In this document: positions 8,442-17,014 of the stretch, piece by piece
How the letters are laid out: the number at the start of each line of letters is the position of its first letter
Position numbering within the stretch: position 1 is the stretch's first letter
DNA from: Archangium sp.
Lineage (GTDB): Bacteria > Myxococcota > Myxococcia > Myxococcales > Myxococcaceae
Length of the DNA stretch: 20,060 nt
Direction: 5' to 3'
NCBI GenBank assembly: GCA_031367385.1
Contig: JANLPS010000538.1
Location: 1 to 20,060 of the forward strand
Notes under the pieces: model-generated
The model's input: only the letters and a program-made list of their open reading frames with translations
Database searches by the model: none
What the model was told of the DNA's origin: nothing
Program-made: the position numbers and the translations under genes

Positions 8442-11400
8442 ATGCCCACCCTCCGTCGCATTGCGGTCGTCGCCACGCTGATCTTCGCGTGGGCGTTGGC
8501 TGGCAATGACCGAGCGCCGCTGACGCTGACCGTTGCCTCCGATGCTCTCGCCGCTCCGCGTGGTCTCGATGACGGCACGAAGGCTCCGCATGACCTGAGC
8601 GCGCTGCGCATTTTGACCAAGGTCATTTTGTACGTGAAAGACAACTACGTCGACCCGAAGCGGGTGCGCCCCAAAGAGATGATGATCAACTCGCTCGAGG
8701 CCGTCGAGAAGACGGTGCCCGACGTGCTGGTCGATGGCAACGCAGAGACGGGCAAGCTGCGCGTCACCGCGAACGGCAAGGCCAAAGAATTCGACATCAG
8801 CCACGTCGACTCGTTGTGGAAGATGTCGTTCACGTTGAAAGACGTGTTCGACTTCATCGCGAAGAACATGCGGCCGCTCGAAGACACCCGCGAGGTCGAA
8901 TACGCGGCGATCAACGGCATGCTCAACACCCTCGACCCGCACTCGATTCTGCTGCGGCCCGAGATGTACCGAGAGATGAAGCTCACCACCAAGGGCGAGT
9001 TCGGTGGCCTGGGCTTCGTGATTCAGATGCGCGAGGGCGTGCTGACGGTGGTGAAGGTGCTGCCCAAGACTCCGGCGTTTCGCGCGGGCATCAAAAAAGA
9101 CGACCAGATTCTGCGCATCGGCGAAGAGTCGACCGTCAACATGGATTTAAACGAGGCCGTCGGCAAGCTGCGCGGCGCGGTCGATTCGAAGGTCACCATC
9201 ACCATCAACCGCAAGTCATGGGAGAAGCCGCAGCCCCAGACCCTGACCCGCGCGCTGATCACCATCGAGTCGATTCAGAGCAAGCTCTTGGCGCAGAACG
9301 TCGGCTACGTGCGCGTGAAGAACTTTCAGGGCAACACCACGCGTGACTTGCAGAACGCGCTCCAAGAGCTCGAGACCCAAGCTCGCGCCGCCGGTGGCAA
9401 AGACGGCATGAAGGGCGTCGTGCTCGACCTGCGCGGCAACCCCGGCGGTCTGCTCGACCAAGCGATTCAGGTCTCTGACCTGTTCGTCTCGCAAGGCACC
9501 ATCGTCGCGACGGTTGGTTTGTCAGACAAGCTGCGTGAAGAGAAGCGCGCGCACGCCGATGACGAAGACGATGCGTACCCGATCGCGGTGCTGGTCAACG
9601 CGGGCTCTGCGTCGGCCTCTGAGATCGTCGCCGGCGCGCTCAAGAACCTGAACCGCGCGGTGATCATCGGCCGTCAGTCGTTCGGCAAGGGCTCGGTGCA
9701 GGTGCTGTACGACTTTCCCGACGATTCGGCGCTCAAGCTGACCATCGCGAAGTACCTGACACCCGGCGACATCTCGATTCAAGAGGTCGGCATCACGCCC
9801 GACATTCAGCTCATCCCCACGCGCGTGGCGAAAGACCGGGTCGACCTGTTCTCGCCTCGCAAGTCGATGGGCGAGGCCGATCTTGACCACCACTTCGGCA
9901 ACCCGAGCAACGCTGCGGCAGTGAAGAAACGCGAAGAGGTCGTCGTGCGCGAGAAGCCGAGCGATACGCTCAAGTACCTCAAAGAAGAGAAAGAAAAAGT
10001 CGCCGTCGCGCCCAAGGTCGAAGAGAAGAAAGACCCGAAGAAAGACCCGACCAAAGACCCCAAGAACAAAGACGCGGCCACCATCGCCAAGGCGCTCGGC
10101 AAGAACGTGCTGACCGACTCCGAAGCGGCGCCTCCGGTCGATGAAGACCTCGACGACCAGCTCGACGCCGAAGCGCAAGACGAGATCAAAGAAGACTTCG
10201 AGGTGCAGTTCGCCCGTGAATTCGTGCTCGTGGCGCCCTTCACCAAGCGCGACAAGATGCTCGAGGCCAGCAAGGCGTTCGTCTCGGAGCAGCGCAAGAA
10301 AGAAGAAGATCGCATCGCGGGCGCCATCGCCAACCTCGGCATCGACTGGAGCGCGGGCGAGACGCCCAAGAAGCTCGTGCTCGACTCGGTGCTCAAGCCG
10401 AGCGCCGACAAGAAGGTCACCGCGGGCGATACCGTGCAGCTCGAGCTCACCGTCGAGAACCGCGGAGCCGAAGCCGTCAAGCGCCTCCGCGCGTGGACGG
10501 AGTCGGAGAACGGCTACCTCGATCGCCGCGAGTTCTTGTTCGGCGCCTTGAAGCCCGGCGAAAAGAAGACGTGGACGGTGGCGGTGAAGACGCCCAAAGA
10601 CCTGGCCTCGCGGCGCGACGGAGTGACCGTGAAGCTGCAAGACGACAGCGGTCTGCTGCAAGAAAACGCCAACAACGAGATCACCTTCGTCGAGCAGATT
10701 CGCCCCCAGTTCGCCTTCACGTGGTCGATCGTCGATGACTGCGCGAGCTGCAACGGCGACGGCCTGGTTCAGCGCGGTGAAGACGTGACGGTCGAGGTCG
10801 ATGTCACCAACATCGGCATCGGCAAGGCGTCAGACACGTTCACCAGCATTCGCAACGCGTCAGATCAGAACATCTTCATCGAGAAGGGCCGCTTCAAGCT
10901 CGGCGAGATTCCTCCCGGTGAGACCCGCGCTGCGAAGTTTCAGCTCGAGGTGAAGAAGGCCTACAAAGGCGACGACTTCGGCCTGCGCCTGGCGATCATC
11001 GACGAACCGCTCGAGGAGTTCACCACCGACAAGCTGATCATCCCCGTCGCGGCTGAGGGTGCGCCTGCCATTGCGCTCGAGCCTGCCAAGCAGGTCATTC
11101 GCCTGGCCGAGAAGACCGAAGTGCTCGCCAGCGCCGACCCCAAGGGCCGGGTCATCGCCAAGTTGCCGAAGGGCGCGGTCGTTCAGCAGGTCGCCAAGGG
11201 CAGCTCGGTGGCACGCATCGACTGGGGCGACAAAGACCGCTTCGCGTTCGTCAAGCTGGCCGATGTGCGCGACGCCAAGGGCGCGAAAGTGGCGGCTCCG
11301 GCAGCGGTCGAGACCGTCGCATTTCGCTCGCCCGCGCAGATCACCATGAACGTCGACCCGACCCAGGGCGGCACGGTGGTCGACACCGAGCGGTTCACCC

Positions 11401-11669
11401 TCTCGAGCGTGGTCACCGACCAGCAGCTGCTCGACGTGTTCGTGCTGGTCAATGATCAGAAGGTCTTCTTTCGCGGGCGCACGCCTGAAGATGGAGACAA
11501 GGTGAAATTCACCACTGATTTCGCGCTCAAAGAGGGCAACAACCTGATCACCATCGTGGCTCGCGAGTCGCAAGACTTCGCCAGCCGCAAGTCGGTCGTG
11601 ATTCGCCGCCGGCCGACGACGGTGGCCCAGAAGGTCGCACCGACGCCGCCCACGGAGTCGAAGCAGTAG
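8442..11669 (+). CDS. Long deltaproteobacterial S41 carboxyl-terminal processing protease (PDZ + S41 + C-terminal Ig/CARDB-like and SH3-like domains; MXAN_5808-like)
   Basis: Signal/anchor at MPTLRRIAVVATLIFAWALA; LDPHS, GEFGGLG PDZ loop, DLRGNPGGLL, SASASEIVAGAL (catalytic Ser), FGKGSVQ (catalytic Lys); ATG 8442 preferred to the 8052 ORF start. Confidence 0.92.
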   Translation: MPTLRRIAVVATLIFAWALAGNDRAPLTLTVASDALAAPRGLDDGTKAPHDLSALRILTKVILYVKDNYVDPKRVRPKEMMINSLEAVEKTVPDVLVDGNAETGKLRVTANGKAKEFDISHVDSLWKMSFTLKDVFDFIAKNMRPLEDTREVEYAAINGMLNTLDPHSILLRPEMYREMKLTTKGEFGGLGFVIQMREGVLTVVKVLPKTPAFRAGIKKDDQILRIGEESTVNMDLNEAVGKLRGAVDSKVTITINRKSWEKPQPQTLTRALITIESIQSKLLAQNVGYVRVKNFQGNTTRDLQNALQELETQARAAGGKDGMKGVVLDLRGNPGGLLDQAIQVSDLFVSQGTIVATVGLSDKLREEKRAHADDEDDAYPIAVLVNAGSASASEIVAGALKNLNRAVIIGRQSFGKGSVQVLYDFPDDSALKLTIAKYLTPGDISIQEVGITPDIQLIPTRVAKDRVDLFSPRKSMGEADLDHHFGNPSNAAAVKKREEVVVREKPSDTLKYLKEEKEKVAVAPKVEEKKDPKKDPTKDPKNKDAATIAKALGKNVLTDSEAAPPVDEDLDDQLDAEAQDEIKEDFEVQFAREFVLVAPFTKRDKMLEASKAFVSEQRKKEEDRIAGAIANLGIDWSAGETPKKLVLDSVLKPSADKKVTAGDTVQLELTVENRGAEAVKRLRAWTESENGYLDRREFLFGALKPGEKKTWTVAVKTPKDLASRRDGVTVKLQDDSGLLQENANNEITFVEQIRPQFAFTWSIVDDCASCNGDGLVQRGEDVTVEVDVTNIGIGKASDTFTSIRNASDQNIFIEKGRFKLGEIPPGETRAAKFQLEVKKAYKGDDFGLRLAIIDEPLEEFTTDKLIIPVAAEGAPAIALEPAKQVIRLAEKTEVLASADPKGRVIAKLPKGAVVQQVAKGSSVARIDWGDKDRFAFVKLADVRDAKGAKVAAPAAVETVAFRSPAQITMNVDPTQGGTVVDTERFTLSSVVTDQQLLDVFVLVNDQKVFFRGRTPEDGDKVKFTTDFALKEGNNLITIVARESQDFASRKSVVIRRRPTTVAQKVAPTPPTESKQ

Positions 11670-11709
11670 AGATTCGACTCGCGCGGCTGTTGGGCTAGGG
11701 TCGGCGACC

Positions 11710-12606
11710 ATGAACGGTCGCTGGCCCTTTGTTTGTGTGGCGCTCCTCTCGGGCGCGGCCTTGGCCGAACCGTACGACTTTCAGTTGGCCAAGCTCGGCA
11801 ACCCACAAAGCGGAGGCTTCGGCTATAGCGCGCGGGCCGACGGCAACTTTCGGGTCTTCGCCAGGCAGTTCGCGGCGGCGCTGACCTCGGTCAATCTGGC
11901 GCCTCCGGCCACCCTGGGCAGCTCGGCATTTTCGCTCACCGCCGAGCTCTCGATGGTCGATTTCGCCATACCTGCGGCGGGCGACTACCGGTTGCCGACC
12001 ACCGAGGCCTTTCAGGGGTGGCTGCGAATACCGTCGCTGCACTTGCGCAAAGGCCTGCCGGCCTCGTTCGAGCTCGGCGCCCGCGGAGCGTGGATCGAGC
12101 AGAGCCGCATGGGCGCGGCCACCGTCGAGCTCAAGTGGGCGCTCAACGAGGGGTTCACCTACTTCCCCGACATTGCCATTCGCGGCAGCGTTACCAAGCT
12201 CATCAACGGGCGCGACGTCGACCTCACCACCGGCGGCGTCGACCTGGGCATCGGTAAGCAGTTCGCGCTCGGCGGCATGGTCACCGTGACTCCGTACGTA
12301 GGGTGGAACTTGCTCTTCGTCGGCGCCACCACCACCAGCATCGACTTTCACCCCTCGCGAACGCTGGCCGAATCAGACGCGGTGGCTCAACAGTTCACCG
12401 ACTACTACGTGTTCACGTCGCTCCAGGCCTCGGCGAACGCGACCAATCGGTTCTACGGCGGGTTTCGCTTCATCGCCGGCGTGATGCAACTCGGCGCTGA
12501 GATTTCGTATTCGATCATCGGCCGGTTTCGCGATGACCGGGCGAATGAAGACCGTGAAGTGCCCTCGGTGCTGGGGCTCAACTTTCACTTGGGCCTCGAC
12601 TTCTAG
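11710..12606 (+). CDS. Putative outer-membrane beta-barrel protein
   Basis: Signal peptide ending AALA|EP; alternating amphipathic strands (LRKGLPASFELGARG, VTVTPYVGWN); terminal ...FHLGLDF beta-signal. Confidence 0.75.
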   Translation: MNGRWPFVCVALLSGAALAEPYDFQLAKLGNPQSGGFGYSARADGNFRVFARQFAAALTSVNLAPPATLGSSAFSLTAELSMVDFAIPAAGDYRLPTTEAFQGWLRIPSLHLRKGLPASFELGARGAWIEQSRMGAATVELKWALNEGFTYFPDIAIRGSVTKLINGRDVDLTTGGVDLGIGKQFALGGMVTVTPYVGWNLLFVGATTTSIDFHPSRTLAESDAVAQQFTDYYVFTSLQASANATNRFYGGFRFIAGVMQLGAEISYSIIGRFRDDRANEDREVPSVLGLNFHLGLDF

Positions 12607-13322
12607 CCCTTCAGTTCGTCTCGCAGCGCACCGGGCCGGTTGGTGATGACGTACTCGACGCCGAGTGACTCCAGCCTGCGCGCTTCGGCGGCGTCGTCGA
12701 CTGTCCACACTGCGACCTCCAAGCCCAAGTCATGCCACTGGCTGACCCGGGCCTCGGTGCATTGGCTGTAGTGCGGGTGCACCGAGGTCTTGGCAGTGAA
12801 GAAGAGCCAGCCGTAGCCCTGCAGGGCGAATGAATGATCAGGGTCGATCAGCAGACCGCGCTTGAGCGACGGGTACGCGCGGGCCAGGCGCACCAGGCAC
12901 AGCGGGTTGAAGCTCGAGAGAAAAACGCGGTCTTGAAGGCCGTGCTCGGTGATGAACGCGCCGACCTTCTTCGAGAGCCCGTGGTCTTCGACGGTGTCAC
13001 ATTTAATTTCGACGTTGACCGTGAAGGTCGACGGCAAGGCCTCAAAAACCTCAGCCAGCGTGGGGATTTTGGCGGGGGCGAACCCCAGTGGCGTGCCGAC
13101 ATCGAGTGACTTGAGCTCGGTCAGCGACTTGCGGGCGAGCTCCCAGTGGTGGCCGGCCAGCCGGTCGAGCCACTCGTCGTGGCAGACCACCAGTTCACCG
13201 GTCGCACATTGCATGACATCGAGCTCGACACCGTCGGCACCCTGCGCCACGGCGCCGCGAAGGGCCTCGAGGGTGTTCTCGGGGAAGCTCTTGCTCGCTC
13301 CACGGTGACCGAAGATCTTCAT
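12603..13322 (-). CDS. Glycerophosphodiester phosphodiesterase (GDPD/UgpQ-like)
   Basis: GHRGAS, PENTL, GVELDV, VVCHD, IPTLAEV, NVEIK, SSFNP, WTVDD, VITNRP; start set at MKIFGHRG (upstream in-frame starts at 13355/13358 possible). Confidence 0.92.
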   Translation of the reverse strand: MKIFGHRGASKSFPENTLEALRGAVAQGADGVELDVMQCATGELVVCHDEWLDRLAGHHWELARKSLTELKSLDVGTPLGFAPAKIPTLAEVFEALPSTFTVNVEIKCDTVEDHGLSKKVGAFITEHGLQDRVFLSSFNPLCLVRLARAYPSLKRGLLIDPDHSFALQGYGWLFFTAKTSVHPHYSQCTEARVSQWHDLGLEVAVWTVDDAAEARRLESLGVEYVITNRPGALRDELKG

Positions 13323-13386
13323 GCGCCCTGGTGGTTTAGCAGGTGCCGCTGGCATCACGTTGGGTTGTCAGGCAGGGTGTTTCACC

Positions 13387-13614
13387 ATGGGATGCCTGGG
13401 CACCGGCGAGCTGTTGATGCTGGCCGTCGTGATGTTGATCGTCTTCTCGGCCTCGAGAATGGGCCAGCTCGGCAACGCCATCGGTAAGTTCGTGTACAAC
13501 TTTCGCAAGTCGTCGAAGGGCAGCGACCTGGTCGATGTGACGCCGAGCAAGAAGCTCGAGCGGGGTACCGAAGAGGGCCGCGTCGTCGATTCGCAGGGCC
13601 GCAAGCCCGACTAA
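13387..13614 (+). CDS. tatA: TatA/TatE-family twin-arginine translocase subunit (divergent)
   Basis: MGCLGTGELL + short TM + amphipathic helix LGNAIGKFVYNFRK + charged tail; ATG 13387. Confidence 0.7.
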   Translation: MGCLGTGELLMLAVVMLIVFSASRMGQLGNAIGKFVYNFRKSSKGSDLVDVTPSKKLERGTEEGRVVDSQGRKPD

Positions 13615-13622
13615 AAATCACC

Positions 13623-13790
13623 GTGGCTGACGAGCCGACCTCGAAACCAAGCTCCACCGCCGTACGGGTCCCTCTGTGGCGAGCCCTGCGTGCGCAGCTT
13701 GATGCGCCGCCGCACGTGCTCGAAGACGAGCTTGGCTTGCAGCTCGCTGCTCCCGATGAGGGCTGGCAGCGACGACCTGATGACGAGCCT
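13623..13790 (+). pseudogene. 5' remnant of a class I SAM-dependent methyltransferase (leucine carboxyl methyltransferase/TIGR00027-like)
   Basis: STAVRVPLWRALRAQLDAPPHVLEDELGLQLAAPDEGWQRRPD resembles the N-terminus of that family; the frame then runs antisense into the convergent gene without any SAM-binding motif. Confidence 0.6.
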
Positions 13791-14536
13791 CACCCTTCAC
13801 CGGCGAGCAAGGTCTTCGCCTGCTGCCGAAGCGACGTGTGCAGGCCCGAATCTGCGGCGACCTCCTCGAGCTCGGCGTGCAGCAGCAACGGCACGATCTT
13901 CGCGCCCACCTCGGGCGGCAAGTACGGGTTGAGCACCAGCGCGCGCCGCACCGCGGGCCGCTGACTCCACCGCGCCGAGAGCCAAATCTCAGTCAGCGGC
14001 TCCGGGCGCGCCGGTCGCCTCGCCGCGATGCGCACCACGACCGCTTCGGTGAGCCGCGGGTTCTTCAACACCTCGCGCACCACCGTCGGGTTCGACGCCA
14101 CCGCCAACCGCGCCAGCTCATCGGGGTTCTTCGTCAACCTCGCCTGCTGCTTCAAATACCCCAGCGGCATGTTGAACAGCTTCGCGTCTGCGCGCGCGGC
14201 CGCATCGGCGTTGTACTCGCGCGACGGTTGCCCCTGCGTGAACAACAGCTCGACGTCGGTCTGCTGATGAAGCGTCGCCACCCGCCGCAGATCTTCGAGG
14301 TGCGGTATCTGCTCGCCTTCGAGCTCGAGCGCCCGGGTGAACGACGGCAGCAGCTCGCAGGCCGGCACCCACCCCTCTTGCGCCAGCCGCTGCACCTCAT
14401 GCAGCAGCTCGATCGCCTCGGTCGGAGCCAGCTCGCTGAGCGCCCGCGCCGCGGCTTTGCGGGTGACGTCGGCGCCTCCACCCAAGGCCTGGAGCCTGCG
14501 GACGACGGCGCGGGCGTGCTGGCTGCTCGACGACAT
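13790..14536 (-). CDS. Hypothetical alpha-helical repeat protein (LRV/HEAT-like NP repeats)
   Basis: Repeats ASNPTVVREVLKNPRLT and VRRALVLNPYLP; start coupled to upstream stop (TGATG at 14538-14534). Confidence 0.75.
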   Translation of the reverse strand: MSSSSQHARAVVRRLQALGGGADVTRKAAARALSELAPTEAIELLHEVQRLAQEGWVPACELLPSFTRALELEGEQIPHLEDLRRVATLHQQTDVELLFTQGQPSREYNADAAARADAKLFNMPLGYLKQQARLTKNPDELARLAVASNPTVVREVLKNPRLTEAVVVRIAARRPARPEPLTEIWLSARWSQRPAVRRALVLNPYLPPEVGAKIVPLLLHAELEEVAADSGLHTSLRQQAKTLLAGEG

Positions 14537-16230
14537 CAGCGCTCGGCGGTCTCGCTGCCCTCGGCACGCGCCGAGACCCGAACGCGAAACGCTTTGAGGT
14601 CTGGCGGGTACTCGAAGAACGTCACCAAGAACGGCGCGCTCTCACCGGGGGCCAGGCTCGGAGCCGTCTTCGACACCGCGGTGAGCAACCGCTCGACCTC
14701 ATCGGCGCCGGTCAGGTTTCGCAGCTGCTCGGGGGTCGGCGGAGTGCCCGCAACCACCTCGGCGGCGCGCACCATGCTCTGCCCGTCGAGTATCTCGGCG
14801 CGAATGCGCACCCGGGTGGCGGTGGCGCTGTGGTTGGTCACTTCTCCGCGAACGAAGAACACCGGCTTGCCGCGCTGCGTGTCGTAGAGGCCGTTCGAGA
14901 TGTCGCTCGCTTCGAAGTCGCTGTCGCGGGTCACCAGCGCCTTGAGCCGCGACGCACTGAAGCTGCTGGCGTCGATCTTCCCGTCGTTGAGCAAGGCCGA
15001 CCCGACGATGACCAGGCCCGCCACCAACACCACCGCGATGCCCAAGTTCACCACCAGACCCAAGGCGCCACGGCGTTTGCCGCGCTGCGAGGGCGTCTCG
15101 ACTTCGCCAGTCGTGCGCGGCGCCGAGATCTTCGCGGCTGACTCCGGCCCAGAGAGCTGAATCGCCTCCATCGGTGCCTCGGGCGGTGGAGCCGCCAACG
15201 GCATGTCGAAGAGCTCTTCTTTCGAAGCCCCAGTTCGATACCCGCCCGCTGCTCCGGGCGCGCTCGGCGGCGGCGAGAGCGGCGTGCCGAAGAAATCATC
15301 GGGCACGTTGGGTGGCTGCATCGTCGAGGCGGCTGCGCTCGGCTCGTTCAAGTCAGGCACGTCGGCGAAGAGCGGCGCGGGTGGCGCTGGGGGCGGCGGC
15401 TGGCTGTGCTCGAGCACCGGCTGCTGACCAAAGTCGGGCTCGAAGGCCGCGAGCTTGGAGGTCGCGGCGGTCGACGCCGGTGGAGGCGGCGGCCCGAGCG
15501 CTGAAAAGTCGAACGCCGGCGGCGCCGGGCGGCCGGCACCAGGCGCTGACGGTGGAGGCGCCGACGCCGTCGCTGGCCCCAGCGTACCGAAGTCGAAGGC
15601 GAGACCAGCGCTCGGCTCGGTGGCCGCGCTCGAAGGGCCCAGGGCTGAAAAGTCGAACGGCGATGGCCCTGGCGGAGACATCTTTGGCGAGGGGGGTGAA
15701 GGCGTGGCCACCAGCCCAGCGAAGTCGAAGGGCGCGCTCTGGCGCGGAGGCGCAGCGACGGCGGCCGGCGGAGGGGGAGGCGCCGAAGCCCTGGGCGCGG
15801 GCCGGGGCGCTGAGACGGGAGCGCTGGGCGCCAGGCTGGTGAAATCGAAGGGTTTCGCAGAAGGCGGAGCTGCTTTGATCGGCTCTGGGGGTGGCCGCGA
15901 GAAGGCCGGCGACTTCGAAGCCTCGACGCCCAGGGCAAACACCCCCGGGCGGGTCTCCTCATGGGCCGACGCGTCGGAGGCGCCTCCGAATCGCGCGAAG
16001 GGGTCGGCCTCGGGCGCGGGCGCAACAATCGGGGGGCGAATCGCGGGGGGCGGTGGAGGTGGCCGTGACGGCGCGGGCGCCGGGGCGGCTGTCGCCGCGG
16101 GTTGGGCCATGTCGCGGGTGACCCGAAACGTGTGTTGGCACTTGGTGCAGCGAACCTTGACGCCCTTGTCCGTGACCCGATCGTCAGGAATTTTGAATCG
16201 GGTCTGACATTGCTCGCACTTGACGATCAT
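14536..16230 (-). CDS. MJ0042-type zinc-ribbon + Pro-rich linker + single TM + DUF3426-like periplasmic domain protein
   Basis: MIVKCEQCQTRFKIPDDRVTDKGVKVRCTKCQHTF (two CxxC); RGKRR followed by a TM helix; C-terminal FFVRGEVTN...LAPGESAPFLVTF; ATG 16230. Confidence 0.85.
   Translation of the reverse strand: MIVKCEQCQTRFKIPDDRVTDKGVKVRCTKCQHTFRVTRDMAQPAATAAPAPAPSRPPPPPPAIRPPIVAPAPEADPFARFGGASDASAHEETRPGVFALGVEASKSPAFSRPPPEPIKAAPPSAKPFDFTSLAPSAPVSAPRPAPRASAPPPPPAAVAAPPRQSAPFDFAGLVATPSPPSPKMSPPGPSPFDFSALGPSSAATEPSAGLAFDFGTLGPATASAPPPSAPGAGRPAPPAFDFSALGPPPPPASTAATSKLAAFEPDFGQQPVLEHSQPPPPAPPAPLFADVPDLNEPSAAASTMQPPNVPDDFFGTPLSPPPSAPGAAGGYRTGASKEELFDMPLAAPPPEAPMEAIQLSGPESAAKISAPRTTGEVETPSQRGKRRGALGLVVNLGIAVVLVAGLVIVGSALLNDGKIDASSFSASRLKALVTRDSDFEASDISNGLYDTQRGKPVFFVRGEVTNHSATATRVRIRAEILDGQSMVRAAEVVAGTPPTPEQLRNLTGADEVERLLTAVSKTAPSLAPGESAPFLVTFFEYPPDLKAFRVRVSARAEGSETAER
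15430..15852 (-). repeat. Dispersed peptide repeats [PA]FDFxxL within Pro-rich linker
   Basis: PFDFTSLAP, PFDFAGLVA, PFDFSALGP, AFDFGTLGP, AFDFSALGP plus degenerate AFEPDFG. Confidence 0.75.
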
Positions 16231-16407
16231 GGGGGTGCCACAGGGGTTAAAGCGCTCGAAAGTATAGGCTCGGTGGGCCAAAGAAGGTTGAAAACACTCG
16301 AACCTGAATCAACCCTCAACTTTGCCTCGCTCCACTGGAGAAACGCTCACTGCGCAACGCTTGCCCCGCGCTGCCCACGAGTGGTACGGCGCCTTTCCGC
16401 ACTGCGT

Positions 16408-16421
16408 TAAAACCAGTTTTA
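16408..16421. promoter_or_regulatory. AT-rich inverted repeat, possible operator upstream of the PhaR-like gene
   Basis: TAAAAC-CA-GTTTTA perfect 6-bp inverted repeat, 11 bp before ATG 16433, in a high-GC background. Confidence 0.4.
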
Positions 16422-16432
16422 GGGCCCCTGTC

Positions 16433-17014
16433 ATGAGCGAAGCCGAAGCCACCATTCGAGAGCCGAAGGTCATCAAGCGCTACACGAATCGCAAGCTCTA
16501 CGACACCGTCGAGAGCCGCTACGTCACGCTCGATGAGATCGCCGAGATGGTCAAGCAGGGCGTCGAAGTGAAGATCGTCGACAACCGCACCAAAGAAGAC
16601 CTGACCTCGGTCACCCTGGCGCAGATCGTCTTCGAAGAAGAAAAGAAGAAGAACCAGCTCTCATTGTCGGTGCTGCGCGAGATCATTCGCCGCCCGAGCG
16701 AGTCGCTGGGCGAGTTCATCAACACCCAGGTCACCCCGCGGGTCGAGTCGCTCAAGAACGAAGCCAGCGCGCGCCTCGACAAGGTGTTGGGCCGCGAGAA
16801 TCAACCCGAAGAGCCGATCACCCCCGCCGCGCTGCTGCAGCAATCGCAGAAGACGGTCGAGGCCTGGCAGCACAAGATCGACGAGCGGGTGAAGACCGTG
16901 CTCGAGGGCGTGCTGGGCAGCCTGCCCGCGCTCGGCCGTGACTTGAACACGCTGGTGCAGCGCATCGAGTCGCTCGAAAAGAAGATCGACGCGATCGAAG
17001 AGAAGAACCGCTAA
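16433..17014 (+). CDS. phaR: PhaR-like polyhydroxyalkanoate synthesis regulator (PHB_acc_N DNA-binding domain) with C-terminal coiled coil
   Basis: IKRYTNRKLYDTVESRYVTLDEIAEMV...VDNRTKEDLTSVTLAQIVFEEE matches the PhaR N-terminal domain. Confidence 0.85.
   Translation: MSEAEATIREPKVIKRYTNRKLYDTVESRYVTLDEIAEMVKQGVEVKIVDNRTKEDLTSVTLAQIVFEEEKKKNQLSLSVLREIIRRPSESLGEFINTQVTPRVESLKNEASARLDKVLGRENQPEEPITPAALLQQSQKTVEAWQHKIDERVKTVLEGVLGSLPALGRDLNTLVQRIESLEKKIDAIEEKNR

Noticed and set aside
12603..12606. Overlapping convergent stop codons (also 17011-17014)
   Set aside because: Common in compact high-GC genomes; no evidence of function
15430..15852. CRISPR-like or DNA-level repeat array (GAAGTCGAAG recurrences)
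   Set aside because: Short, irregularly spaced, synonymous variation; explained by FDF peptide repeats
14536..16230. gltJ/agmX ortholog
   Set aside because: Shares only the zinc ribbon; no GYF-like domain seen and the C-terminus is DUF3426-like
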